Part shown: in pieces, positions 32,916 to 45,378 of the stretch
Position numbering within the stretch: position 1 is the stretch's first letter
Layout: each line of letters begins with the position of its first letter
NCBI GenBank assembly: GCA_009914755.4
Contig: CP086569.2
Coordinates: 5,312,001-5,376,000, forward strand
Direction of reading: 5' to 3'
Source: the human T2T-CHM13v2.0 reference genome, Homo sapiens
DNA length: 64,000 nucleotides
Position numbers and translations under genes: made by a program
The notes under the pieces: model-generated
What the model was told of the DNA's origin: nothing
The model's input: only the letters and a program-made list of their open reading frames with translations
Database searches by the model: none

Positions 32916-34715
32916 CAAGGGTTAAATTCTTGAATTGATAATTAATTCCCTGATATGCTTACAATTCTGTTTTTATGAGTACACATTTAAATAAAGCTTT
33001 TGCATCAGTCTGATCGAAAAATTAGTAGAATTAGTTTAAAGGTGTGATTACATCCAACATTTCAAGTTAAAAATATAAAATTGTGATCACACTTAATCCC
33101 TTTGGTTTACAAATAGCATTTTCTCTGATATCATTTTCTGCTAAATTGTATGATATGGTGTAGGGGAAGTATTATCACTAGCCTTCAGGCACTGTCAGTG
33201 TGTGTCTACGCCTTTTATTTTAAAAATGTGAACCCAATGATAAACTTCGAATATTTGATTTAATGTACTATGTGGTGAGCTGATTTTTACACAACAGAGA
33301 ACCTTTGTCTACTCTTAGAAATAGAGCAAAGAAAAATATTTGAATTTTATATTTGAAATAATCTTAAGGATCATAGAATCCAAGTTCTTTATTGTGTAAT
33401 GGGAAAACTAAGTTTTAAAGCAGATGTGACTTACCCACAATCACACATTTATTCAGTTGTGGAACAAAGAATATAATCTGAAAGAAAAATTATTGGACAA
33501 ATAATATCCATCTATCAGATTCTAGCCAGAATGGGGTTAACATCAGAAAACTCTATACTATCAGAGAAGACTGCATTGATTTAAAGTACAAATAATGTTA
33601 TCTTCCATCAACATACATGAAAGACGAGTCTTAGAAAATTCTTATCTCTCTGTATATATAACACTTTTTTCAATAAAAATGTAAATCATATTACTTGTGT
33701 TTTATCAATTCTCATTTTGAGAATGGATAGCAAAAAAATTGAAAATAATAGTTCTCATATGTTAATGCAAGGAAAAAAAATAAGGTCATGCCAAATTCCC
33801 CATTTTCTTCTACAAATTACAGATGTTATTTCAGTCTAAATTAAGTTGCTATGTAGTAATAATCCATTTAGGTGGAGAAAAATATCCAAGTTTACATTCA
33901 TATTAGGAACTATGTAAAACATGTAGGTGTCTGATGAAATTTTGTGTTTCCTTGCAGTATTTCAAACCATACAATTATTTCATCACTGCCCTCCATTTAC
34001 GCAAGTATATTCCCTTTAACTTAAAAAATAGTATATCTGAAAGTGAGCTTTAGATACTGTCCTTCATATTGGGTCTATGTCTGCAGGGGCAAAGAGACCA
34101 CATATCATCTAGTCAGCACTCAATTATTATATTTCAAATGCTTGTTGCCTGAAATACCCATCTTTTGTTCTCCTCACTGTGTCTTTGCAACGCGCCTTAG
34201 CACAGTATCTTATTGACCTCCTTGGAGCACTAAGATCATTCACTGCATGGGAAGAAATGATTTTCCTCCTCAGCATGGACATATTTACTGCACCTTTAGG
34301 GAAGCCCAGCAAAAAAGAAGCAGCTTCCAGATAGTTTTGTTAGAAAATACTATTACAGAAATTCTGCATAAATTCCGTTTTAGGAATTGTTAACTCTTTC
34401 TGTGAATTTAAGTAGTATTAAGGTGATTTGGCAAGAACTGTGAAAATTAATGATTGATTTCTCTATTGGCTCATAACTGTCAAGATTCTTGGATAAACTA
34501 TTTAGAACACGACATAAAAGATAAGAGATTAGTAGTAAAAGGAAACGGTTATAAAATAAAACATGTTGAAATAATAGCAGATATTTTTTAAATGTTGCTT
34601 ACTTAAGGTAATATTTGTTATGGAAAGATGCTATCGAAATGCAGATTCTACTTCTCACCTGGAGTTTCTAAGGGAAGATTAAATTGTAATCTTAGAAAAA
34701 AAATGTGAATGAATG

Positions 34716-34800
34716 TCTCTCTCTTCCTTCCTCCCTTTCTCCCTGTCTCCCTCTCTCTCTCCATCCCTCGCTCTCCCTTCTTCTTCTTTTCTTACCTCCT
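34716..34800. repeat. Polypyrimidine (CT-rich) low-complexity tract, ~85 nt with ~4 purines on + strand
   Basis: 'tctctctcttccttcctccctttctccctgtctccctctctctctccatccctcgctctcccttcttcttcttttcttacctcct'. Confidence 0.7.
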
Positions 34801-34938
34801 TAACATTTTGAATGTTTCTAGTAACTTTTCTTATACCATTATGAGGATTTATATTTAGTGTTTATTTTTCCTGTCGAGGCCTTTAGAAGGTAAACATTTA
34901 CCTTGAGAAAAAAATGATAGTTGTACATTTTTTTCTAA

Positions 34939-35141
<203 letters not shown>

Positions 35142-35408
35142 AGAATTTTAACATCTATTAAAATGTCATTTTGGCAATACAGAAATTACATTAACATGTT
35201 TATTCTATTTTTGTAAAGTGTCAATAGCTTCAATATATGTAAAAGGTGATTAAAACCAAAAGCCTTTTTAAAAAGGAGATGATCTGGTTTCTTCCTTCCT
35301 CACAATCCAAGTTTAAATTGTGCATTGTCATCTATAAAATACTCTTAAAGGAAAGAACTCATTCCTTTCCTGCAATTCTATTTTTTTTAATTCTTTCCTT
35401 TTCTAAGT

Positions 35409-35708
35409 TTTGTTTGTTTGTTTGTTTTGAGACATCCTTTCAGTTGTCCAGGCTGGAGTGCAGTGACACAATCATGGCTCACTGCTCGCTTGACCTCCCC
35501 AGGCTTACGTGATCCTCGCACCTCAGCCTCCTGAGTAGCTGGGACTTCCGGCAGGCACCACCACTCCTGGCTAATTTTTGTAGTTTTTGTAGAGACAGGG
35601 TTTCACTATGTTGCTCAGGCTGATCTCAGACTCCTGGGCTCAAGCAATCCACTAGCTTCAGCTTCCCAAAGTGCTGGGATTGCAGGCATGAGCCATCGCA
35701 CACAGCCC
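35409..35708 (-). mobile_element. Alu SINE, antisense, more diverged (older AluJ/S-like); tail contains (TTTG)n
   Basis: 'gtttgtttgtttgttttgagacatcctttcagttgtccaggctggagtgcagtgacacaatcatggctcactgctcgcttgacctccccaggcttacgtgatcctcgcacctcagcctcctgagtagctgggacttccggcaggcaccaccactcctggctaatttttgtagtttttgtagagacagggtttcactatgttgctcaggctgatctcagactcctgggctcaagcaatccactagcttcagcttcccaaagtgctgggattgcaggcatgagccatcgcacacagccc'. Confidence 0.85.
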
Positions 35709-37039
35709 CTAAAATTCTCTTATCTAGCCTTCTGGCATCTTATCATCAGCGTGTGGAATGATAGTTGCTGATGTTGTCAAACCTATGATAACATGATGAA
35801 GTTCCCAAAGTTAATTTCGGTTAACACTAGCACCTTCTGAAATGTGAGCCAATTTCAATACTGCAATGCCAAGCTTTCCTTTCAGCCATTTTGCCCTTAT
35901 CTCCCACAATGCTATAGAAAGTAGTGATCTTAAAAGATGACAGAGCCAACACCAAATGACATAAATTCTACTTAAAATGTTTGCTCATAGGATCAAAGAA
36001 GAAAAAGGTACACTTGTTTTTCAGTGACATGTTCGATCCATCATTAGAGAATATTGCAAGCATTACTAGAGTTATTAAAATTATTCATTTTAAATTATTA
36101 AAATTATGTCAGCTGAAACAGTCAAAACATAAATTAAAGGCTCAGAAGGTCTTTAAAAATATCTAATCAGTTTTGTTAATGTGTGAAAAAAACAGTGCAA
36201 TTGTCATTTATTGAAATCAGGCTTAAAGTGTACCATTCAACAGTTTAAAGCCTACACCAGGTACATCTGATCATTGTAGGACTAGATGCTATATAAAAAA
36301 TGATTCACTATATATTCTCACAAGGCACATTATGCAACTCCAAAATACTCTCTTTCAGTACTTTATGAGGGACACAAATGTGTAATTGTCAAATATGACA
36401 ATAATGTCTAATTAAGAAAGTACATATACATATATAATATGTATATGTATGCACATACATTTGACTTTGCTTTTCTAACTTAAAATTTAACTTAATGCCT
36501 TACATTGCCTTATTTTGTAGCACTCATTTATAATTTCGTCTTGAACATGAAATGGACTTTCACTTCATTTCATTTGCTGCTTACTTAGAAAGTATCATGA
36601 TTTCAGTTCAATGTGAAAATGCTACCTGTATTGTTCAACCTGAAATTAAGTGTCTCTGTTCAGTGCTTACATTTACTTTCAACACAGTTTCTTTATGTGT
36701 GTAAATGAGTTCTGAAACAATAGAAAAAATGAGAAGTTGCATGAAAATGATGAACATTTTCAAATTCGTGATCTAAATTCAGATTCACCGAGTTCCTCTG
36801 TAAAATACTTGTTAAGAAAACATGTATTTCTCACCATGAGTAGTGCCTTTTTTCCTGTGGTTTATCTATTTAGAACAAAACTTTAATGATTTATTTAATC
36901 TCTCCCTAAGATCCTTTTCACGATGGCGAAAGAGAGCAAAAAACATCTATGGTTCAGAATAAATAAAACAAAGTCATCTCACTGAAATATACATAAAAAG
37001 AAACTCAAGTATATTATTAAAAAGCAGCATATGTATTTT

Positions 37040-37500
37040 TATTTAATATATTTTAATAGACATAATAATTGAACATATTTATGGGGTACATAGTGATGTT
37101 TTGATACATACAATGCATAGTGATCAAATCAGGGTAATTAGCATATCAGTCACTTAAAGCATTTATGATTTCTTGTAGTGGGAATATTCGAAATCCTCTC
37201 GTCTAGCTTTTTGAAAACATATCATAAATTATTGTAAACTAGAGTAATCCTACAGTGCTATAGAATGCTAGAACTTAATCTTCCTATCTAGTTGTAATTT
37301 TGTATCCTTTAATGAATGTCTCCCTCTCTCCTCTTCTCCCTACCCTTTGTAGCTTCTAGTAACCGCAATTCTACTCTCTACTTACGTGGGATCAAATTTT
37401 TAGTTTCCAAATATAAGTGGAAACATGCGGTATTAATCCTTTGTGCCTGGTTTATTTCACTTAGTATAATATGCTTCAGGCTCACCCATATCTGTGTATT
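37040..37500 (-). mobile_element. Old L1 3'UTR fragment, antisense (~460 bp)
   Basis: 'catatttatggggtacatagtgatgttttgatacatacaatgcatagtgatcaaatcagggtaattagcatatc.gtcacttaaagcatttatgatttcttgtagtgggaatattcgaaatcctctcgtctagctttttgaaaacatatcataaattattgtaaactagagtaatcctacagtgctatagaatgctagaacttaatcttcctatctagttgtaattttgtatcctttaatgaatgtctcc...cttctagtaaccgcaattctactctctacttacgtgggatcaaatttttagtttccaaatataagtggaaacatgcggtattaatcctttgtgcctggtttatttcacttagtataatatgcttcaggctcacccatatctgtgt'. This is the antisense of the L1PB/L1MA 3' end. Confidence 0.7.
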
Positions 37501-37689
37501 CATTTAAAAAGCATATTAAATGTGCTATGAAATAAAGGGTTTGCATTTTTCCTATTGTAATATCATAAATATCTTCCTTGGATATCTAGGTACTCTCTCA
37601 CTTATATAGTTAAAAAATAAACCCATGATTATTTTAGTATAAATTTCTGGAATAGTTTTCTTTCTGAATTTTTTAAATTTTAATTTATT

Positions 37690-40600
37690 TTTGTATATAG
37701 TAAGTATATATATTTATGTGATACCTTGGATATTTTGAATCAGGCATGCAATATGTAATAATCAAATCATGGAGAATGGGGTACCCATCTCCTCAAGTAT
37801 TTATCCTTTATGTTACAAACCATCCAATTATATTCATTTAGTTATTTTTAAATGTATAATTAAATTATTATCGACTATAGTCATCCTGTTGTGCTATCAA
37901 ATACTTGGTCTTATTAATTCTTTCTAACTATTTTTGCACTCATTAACCATCCCCATCTAAATCCCACCACACACTACCCTTCCCCACCCTGGGTAATCAT
38001 CCTTTTACTTTCTATTTCCATGAGTTCAGTTGTTTTGATTTTTAGATCCCACAAATAAGTTAGAACATATGATGTTTATCTTTCTGTTCCTGGCTTATTT
38101 CACTTAACATAATGATCTCCAGTTCCATTCATATTGTTGCATATGACTGGATCTCATTCTTTTTTATGGCTAAATAGTACTCCATTGTATATATGTACCA
38201 CATTTCTTTCTCTGTTCATCTGTTGATGGAAACTTAGGTTGCTTACAAATCTTAGCTACTGTGAACAGTGCTGCACAAACATAGGAGTGCAAATGTCTCT
38301 TTGATATACTGATTTCCTTTCTTTTTGGTATATGCCAAGCAGGGGAATTGCTGGATCATATGGTAGCTCAATTTTTGTTTTTTTGAAAAAACTCCAAACT
38401 GTTCTCTAGAGTGGTTGTACTAATTTATATTTCCACCATCAGTGTACTAGGGTTCCCTTTACTCTACATCTGTGCTAGCATTTGTTATTGCCTGTGTTTT
38501 GGATAAAAGCCAATTTAACTGGGTTGAGAGGATATCTCATTGTAGTTTTGATTTGTATTTCTTTTTCATATACTTGTTTGACATCTGTATTTCTTCTTTT
38601 GAGAAAGGTCTATTTAAATCTTTTGCCCATTTTTTTTTTGCTCAGATTATTAATTTCCTATAGACTTGTTTGAACTCCTTATATATTCTGTTTATTAATT
38701 TTTGTCAGATGGGTAGGTTGCAAATATTTTCTCCCCTTCTGTGGGTTGTCTCTTCACTTTGTTGATAGCTTCCTCTGCTGTGCAGAAGCTTTTTAACTTA
38801 ATGTGATCTCGTTTGTTTATTTTTGCTTTGGTTGTCTGTGCTTGTACTCATGAAATTTTTGCCCAGACCAATGTCCTAGAGAGTTTCTCCAATGTTTTCT
38901 TGTAGTAGGTTCATAGTTTGAAGTCTTAGATTTAAATATTTAATCCATTTTGATTTTATTTTTGTATAGGATGAGAGGAGGGTCTAGTTTTATTCTCCAT
39001 ACAAATATCCAATTTTCCCAGCCTCATTTATTGAATAAACTTTCTTTTCCCAAGTGTATGTTCTTGGCATTTTTGTCAAAAATGAATTCATTATAAGTGT
39101 GTGGATTTAATTCTGGGTTCTCTATTCTGTTCCATTGGTCTATGTGTCTGTTTTAATGCCACCAGGCTGTGTTGGTTACTATAGCAGTGTAGTATAATTT
39201 GAAGTCAGGTAAGGTGATTCCTCTAGTTTTTTTTTTTTTCCCTCAGGATAGCTTTGATAATTTGGGAATTTTTGTGATTCCATATAAGATTCAGGGTGAT
39301 TTTTCTAGTTCAATGAGTAATGCCACCAGTATTTTGATAAAGATTGCATTGAGTCTGTAGATTGCTTTGAGTATTATGGATGTTTTAACAATATTAATTT
39401 TACCATTTCATGAACATGGAATATCTTTCAATTTTTTGGTGTCCTCCTCAATTTTTTTCATCAGTGTTTTATAGCTTTCATTACAGAGATCTCTCACTTT
39501 TGGTTAATTCCTAGGTATTTACTTTTATTTGTTACTATTGTAAATGCGATAACTTTTTAAAATTTCTCTTACAGATTGTTCCTTGTTGGCATATAAAAAT
39601 ACTACTGCATGTTAATTTTTTATCCTGCAACTTTACTGACCTTGTTCATGAGTTCTAACAGTTTCGTTCGTGCAGTCTTAGGTTTTTCCAAATATAAGAT
39701 CATATCAGCTATAAACAAGGATAATTTGATTTCTTTCACTCCAGTTTTGATGCCCTTTGTATCTTCTCCTGTATGATTGTTCTAGCTAGTTCTTGCTACT
39801 ATGTTGAATTACAGCAGTGAAAGTGGGCATCCTTTCAAGTTTCAGGTGTTAGAGAATAGGATTTCCATTTTTCCCCATTCAGTATGATACTTGCTGAGGT
39901 TCTGTCATACATGGCTTTTATTGCATTGATGTATGTTCCTTCTATACCCATTTCTTTGAGGGTTTTTAATCATAAAGGAATGCTAAATTTTTTCATATAC
40001 TTTCAGCATCAGTTGAAAACATCATATGGATTTTATCCTACCTTCTGTTTATATGATTTATCACATTGATTGATTTGTGTGTGTTGAACCACTCTTGCAT
40101 CCCAGGGGTAAATCTCACTTGGTTATAATGAATAATCTTTCTATTGTGTTTTTGAATTTGGTTTGCTAGTATTTTCTTGGAAATTTTTGCATCAATACTC
40201 ATCACGGATATTGTCCTGCAATTTTCGTGTGTGTGTGTGTGTGTGTTTCTTGATGTGCCTTTGTCTGCTTTTGGTATCAGGATAATATTGGCCTCATAGA
40301 ATGAATTTGAAAGTATTCCATCTACCTCTATTTTTAAGAATTGTTTGAGTAGCATCCTTATTAGCTTTTCTTTACATGTTTGGTAGAATTCAGCGTTGAA
40401 GTCGTCGGGTCTCGGGCTTTTTTAACTGGGATTTTTTTTTTTTATTAAGACTTTGGTCTCATTACTTGTTATTTGTCTGTTCAGGTTTCAGAGTACTTCC
40501 TAATTCAATTTTATTGGGTTGTGCATGTCTTGGAATTTGTCTATTTCTTCTAGATTTTCCAATTTATAGGCATATAGTTGCTCATAGTAGCCACTAATGA

Positions 40601-41095
40601 CCCTTTGAATTTCTTGCAGCATCAGTTGTAGCGTCTTCTTTAGCATTTCTAGTTTTACATATTTGAATCTTCTCCTTTTTTATTAGTCAGTCTAGCTAAA
40701 AGTTTGTCAATTTGTTTAACTTTCCCAAAAACCAACTTTTTTCACTCATCTTTTGTATTGTTTTCATTTTAATTTTATTTATTTCTATTCTAATCTTTTT
40801 TTTCTTATACTAATTTTGGTTTGGAATGCTTTTGATTTCCTAGTTCTTTAAGATGCATCATTAGATTGTTTATTTGAAGTTTTTCTCCTCTTTTTTGATG
40901 TAGGCAAATATAGCTATAAACTTTCTTCTTAACACTGCTTTTGCTGTATCCCATAGGTTTTGGTGTTATATTTCCATTATCATTCAATAGGTGGAGTTTT
41001 CTATTCCACCATCTTGCTCCCCCTCCTTTCTTAATTTCTGGAGTTCTAGATAAACTTTCAAAACCACCCACTGTGTTACTCAGAATAGAGAATAT
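37690..41095 (-). mobile_element. Old L1 (L1PB/L1MA-like), antisense: 3'UTR plus about three-quarters of ORF2, 5'-truncated (~3.4 kb)
   Basis: Starts with the antisense 3'UTR ('atttatgtgataccttggatattttgaatcaggcatgcaatatgtaataatcaaatcatggagaatggggtacccatctcctcaagtatttatcctttatgttacaaaccatccaattatattc...ccatgagttcagttgttttgatttttagatcccacaaataagt.agaacat.tgatgtttatctttctgttcctggcttatttcacttaacataatgatctccagttccattcatattgttgcatatgactggatctcattcttttttatggctaaatagtactccattgtatatatgtaccacatttctttctctgttcatctgttgatggaaacttaggttgcttacaaatcttagctactgtgaacagtgctgcacaaacataggagtgcaaatgtctctttgatatactgatttcctttc'). Then comes a continuous antisense ORF2. ORF 40038..40355(-) reads ..[25 protein letters not shown]...[56 protein letters not shown], the reverse-transcriptase motifs. 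ORF 40805..41071(-) carries ..LKELGNQKHSKPK.., from the ORF2 N-terminal third. Confidence 0.85.
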
Positions 41096-43043
41096 GAATG
41101 TGTTGCAGAAGTGACAAAAATTCAGGAGTGAAAGCTTGGTAAATTCAGTATCTCATTCTCCATTATGGGAAAATATTCTTTATTTACACAGAGTCAGTTT
41201 TACTCAAATTGGAAGAACACTAGATCTTCACTGTTAATCAACCAAGAAAAAATTTTTTAATCATAGAACAGTCGGTTTTAGAGGTAGAATATGCCTTGAT
41301 TCTTCTCAACATTTTTCACCAACGTATCTCTATCTGCAAAGAAGAGTTAACTGGCCACTCTGATGACCTGTAAGTTCCTCAAAACATACTATTTATTGTA
41401 AGTATTGTGTTTTAGTTGTGGAAAACAAAGATATTCTACATTCTACTCTTCAATGTCTTGTATACAGCAAGAAGAGGAAATGCCACCTTTCTATGCCATA
41501 TTTTATGCATGCCACTTTCTTTAAATCAGTTAAAAGACTTGCATTATTTACAGCTAAACACTAAAATTTAGCCTGATATTCCAGGCCCTAAAGAATTTTT
41601 TAAAAATTACTATTATTATTTTTAAAAATTTTATGGGTACAGGGTAGGGGTATTTATTTATGGGGAAAATGGCATAACCTAGTTAAAGCCTTAAACCCCT
41701 TAGAATCAGAGGGACTTTATTAATTACATAGTTCAAACATATATATCTAACTATAACCCCTTCGATAATCCTCCATTTTTATAAACTATTCTTCAGCCTA
41801 TAGCACTTAGCAACTCTTAATTTTTAAATTGATATATTATTAATTTTTGAATTGAATATCACCTCTTTGCTCTGAATTTTTTATTAACTCTTTAATGGCT
41901 ACAAAAAATAATTGAAATAAGTTTGTTCTTATCATCTGTTTTCTGTTTTCTATAACTTACACCTATTTTTGTCATTTTCTATATGGCATATTCTTCTCCT
42001 AATGTGAACTGTGAACTAAGAAGGATCCTGCAAAGGAGCCTCACTTTCTTCTTGGCATGCCTTTATATAAGCTAGCTCTTCCCACTGTCAACTTCCCACT
42101 TCCCACCAAACTTTCCATACTGTCTAAGGTTATTCTTTGTTTCCTTAGCCCTCCAAAGCCTCTCAGTTCTCATTTTAGCACTTTCTAGTGTAATTAACTT
42201 GTTTACAAACGCGTATTCTCTATTATAATATCAGAGCCTGAGTAGCAGGGTTTCGCGATGTGTATTTTTGTTTCTGCAATGCTTAACCCAACACCTGGTG
42301 CAACATAGGAACCTCATAACTTTTAAAATGCATGCTGAATAATAGTATCAGAAAGAATCTTAGAGATCATCCAGTTCTACATCTTCACTATTAAAGAAAA
42401 TAAAATTAAGGCCCACACAGCAGAAGTGGTTTGCTAAGTTTATAAGGTTTAAACTTTGTTTGAAATGGAAGGGAATTTTTAATTCAAGTGCATAGTCTAA
42501 AACACAGAAGAAATATTTGATTTGACCTTCAGTACTTCTTTTAAATATGTACCTAGGATCTATCATGATGATATTTTAACATTCACATAAAAAATTAGGT
42601 TTATGATAGGGAGGTTATTTTTCAACTTCTCAAGGGACCTGAAATTTTGACAGAAAAATGTCTAATATTTTCTGGAATATAATAATACTGTAATCCTGAT
42701 ATAACCAAAGGAAATACAAATCATACAGATTAGAGACTTCAATGGAATATTTTAAAGTTTATTGTAGGCAGTGCTTGCAGTTTGGAGACGTCTGAGGTCT
42801 GAGATCTTAAACTAACACATTCATGACTTCAGATAACTGGTGCTATGGCTATTGTATTTCCAAAGCCATAGTTTCCCTTATGAAACAGCTGCTTGGTATT
42901 TGCATAGCACTTGCATTACCATCCCTTCTATTCAATTTTAGAAAGGTTCTGTCCTTCTCTGATTAAAAGAATTATTGATCAAAAGTCTTATTTCATAAGC
43001 TATTATGACAGAGGCTCCTGGAAGGTCCTTTTGGCTAAACACA

Positions 43044-45378
43044 TGTATTAGCTCATTCTCACACTGCTATGAAGAAATACCCAAAACTGGGTAATTTGTA
43101 AAGGTAAGAGGTATGATTGACTCACAATTTCACATTGCTGTGGAGGCCTCAGGAAACTTACAATTATGGCAGAAGCCAAAGCAAGCACCATCTTTGCAGG
43201 GTGACAGAAAGGAGTGAGTGCTGAGCAAAATGTAAAAAGCCACTTATAAAACTATCAGATCTTGTGAGAACTCACTATCATGAGAACAGCATGGGGGTAA
43301 CCACCAACATGAGCCAATTACCTCCCACTGGGTCCCTCCCATGACATGTAGGGATCATGAGAAAAATAATTCAAGATAAGATTTGGGTGGAGACACAGCC
43401 AAACCACACAATTCCACCCCTGTCCCCACCCAAATCTTATATACTCACACTTCAAAACACAATAATACCTTTCCAACAGTCCCCCAGAGTTTTAGCTCAT
43501 TCCAGCATTAACCCAAAAGTCCAAGTCCAAAGTCTCATCCAAGACAAGGCAAGTCACTTCTGCCTGTGAGCCTGTAAAATCAAAAGCAAGTTAGTTATTT
43601 CCTGGAAACAATGAAAGTATGGAAATTGGGTAATTCTATCTGTTCCAAGTGAGATAAATTGGCAAAAACCAAGAGGCTACAGAACCTATGCAAGTACAAA
43701 ACCCAACAGAGAAGTCAATAAATCTTAACACTCCAAAGCGATTTTCTTTAACTCCATGTCTCACATCCAGGTCACACTGATGCAAGAGGTGGACTCTCAT
43801 GATCTTAGGCTGGTCCACGCCTGTGGCTTTGTAGGGTACAGCCCTGCTCTGGGCTGCTTTCACAGGCTGGAATTTAGTGTCTGCAGCTTTTCCAGGTGCA
43901 CATTGCAATCTGTTGGTGGACCTACCATTCTGGGGTCTGTGACCCTCTTCTCACAGCTCCACTAGGCAGTGCCCCAAAGGGGACTTTGTGTGAGGGCTCC
44001 AATTTCACATTTCCCTTCTGCACTGCCCTAGAAGAGGTTCTCCATGAGGGCTCCACCCATGCAGCAAACTTCTGCCTGGCTATCCAGGTGTTTCCATACA
44101 TCCTCTGAAATCTAGTTGAAGGTTCCCAAAACTCAATTTTTCACTCTGTGCACCAGAAAGCCCAACACCATGTATAATTCACCAAGGCTTGGGGCTTGCA
44201 CCCTCTGAAGCAACTTCCTTAGCTGTATGTTGACCTCTTCTAGCCATGGCTGAGACTGAAGCAGCTGGGATGCAAGGCACCATGCCCTGAGGCTGCACAG
44301 AGAAGGGCCCTGGGCCCAGCCCATGAAACCATTTTTCCTTCTAGGCCTCCAGGTCTTTGATGGAAAGAATTGCTGTGAAGGTCTCTGACATGCTCTGCAG
44401 ACATTTCACCCACTGCCTTGGGAATTAGCATTCAGCTCCTTGTTAATTAGGCAAATTTCTGCAGAAGGCTTGAATTTCTCCCCCAGAAAATGAAATGGAT
44501 TTCTCCTTTCTATTGCACCATGAAGCTGAAAATTTTCCAAACGTTTATGCTCTGCTTCCTCTTAATGCTTTGCCACTTAGAAATTTCTTCTGCCAGATAC
44601 CCTAAATCATCTCTCTCAAGTTCAAAGTTCCACAGATCTCTAGAGCAGGGGCAAAATCCCACCAGTCTCTTCACTAAAGCACAGCAAGAATCATATTTAT
44701 TCCAATACCCAAGAAATTTTTTTTCTCCATTTGAAACCACCTCAGCTTGGACTGCGTTGTCTATATCACTATCAGCACTTTGGTCAAAGCCATTCAACAA
44801 GTCTCTGGGAAGTTCTAAACTTTCCCACATTTTCCTGTCTACTTCTGAGCCCTCCAAGCCTCTATGAAGGTCCAAACTTTCCCATATTTTTCTATCTTCT
44901 TTAGAGCCCTCCAAGCTGTTTCAATCTCTGCCTGTTACCCAGTTCCAAAGTTGCTTCCACATTTTCTAATGTCTTTATAGCAGTGCACCAGTACCTTGGT
45001 ACCAATTTACTGTATTAGTTTATTCTCACAGTGACATGAAAAAAAAACCTAGGGTGAATAATTTATAAAGGGAAGAGGTTTAATTGACTCACAGTTCTGC
45101 ATTGCTGGGGAGACCTCAGGAAACTTACAATTATGGCAAAAGGCAAAGCAGGCACTTTCTTCACAGGGTGGCTGGATGGAGTGAGTGCTGAGCAAAGGGG
45201 GAAAAGCCCTTTATAATACCATCTGATCTTGTGAGAACTCACTAACATGAGAACAGCATGGGGATAACCACCCTTATGATTCAATTATCTCCCACTTGTT
45301 CTCTCCCACAGCATATGGAGATTATGGAAACTACAATTCAAAATGAGATTTGAGTGGAGACACAGCCAAACCATATCA
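43044..45378 (-). mobile_element. Complete ERVL-MaLR element (THE1/MST-type): 5'LTR - ~1.6-kb non-coding internal region - 3'LTR, flanked by 5-bp TSD 'acaca'
   Basis: The LTR copies at 43044-43410 and 45011-45378 are both in reverse-complement orientation ('tgtattag.tcattctcaca.tg..atgaa..aa..cc.a.a.tgggtaatttataaag..aagaggt.t.attgactcacaatt.cacattgctg.ggaggcctcaggaaacttacaattatggcagaagc/ggcaaagcaagcac' ... 'tcttgtgagaactcact..catgagaacagcatgggg.taaccacc...atga..caattacctcccact.g.tccctcccatgacatgtagggat.atg..aa..a.aattcaa.ataagatttgggtggagacacagccaaaccacaca'). The sequence between them is the MaLR internal region ('..caaaagtccaagtccaaagtctcatccaagacaaggcaagtc...'). 'acaca' sits at 43039-43043 and 45379-45383. 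Confidence 0.8.

Noticed and set aside
41560-41700. '..aaaaattactattattatttttaaaaattttatgggtacagggtaggggtatttatttatggggaaaatggc..' as a possible tiny L1 3'-end fragment.
   Set aside because: The match to the L1 3'UTR motif ('atatatttatggggtacatg') is too short (~25 nt) to call a feature.
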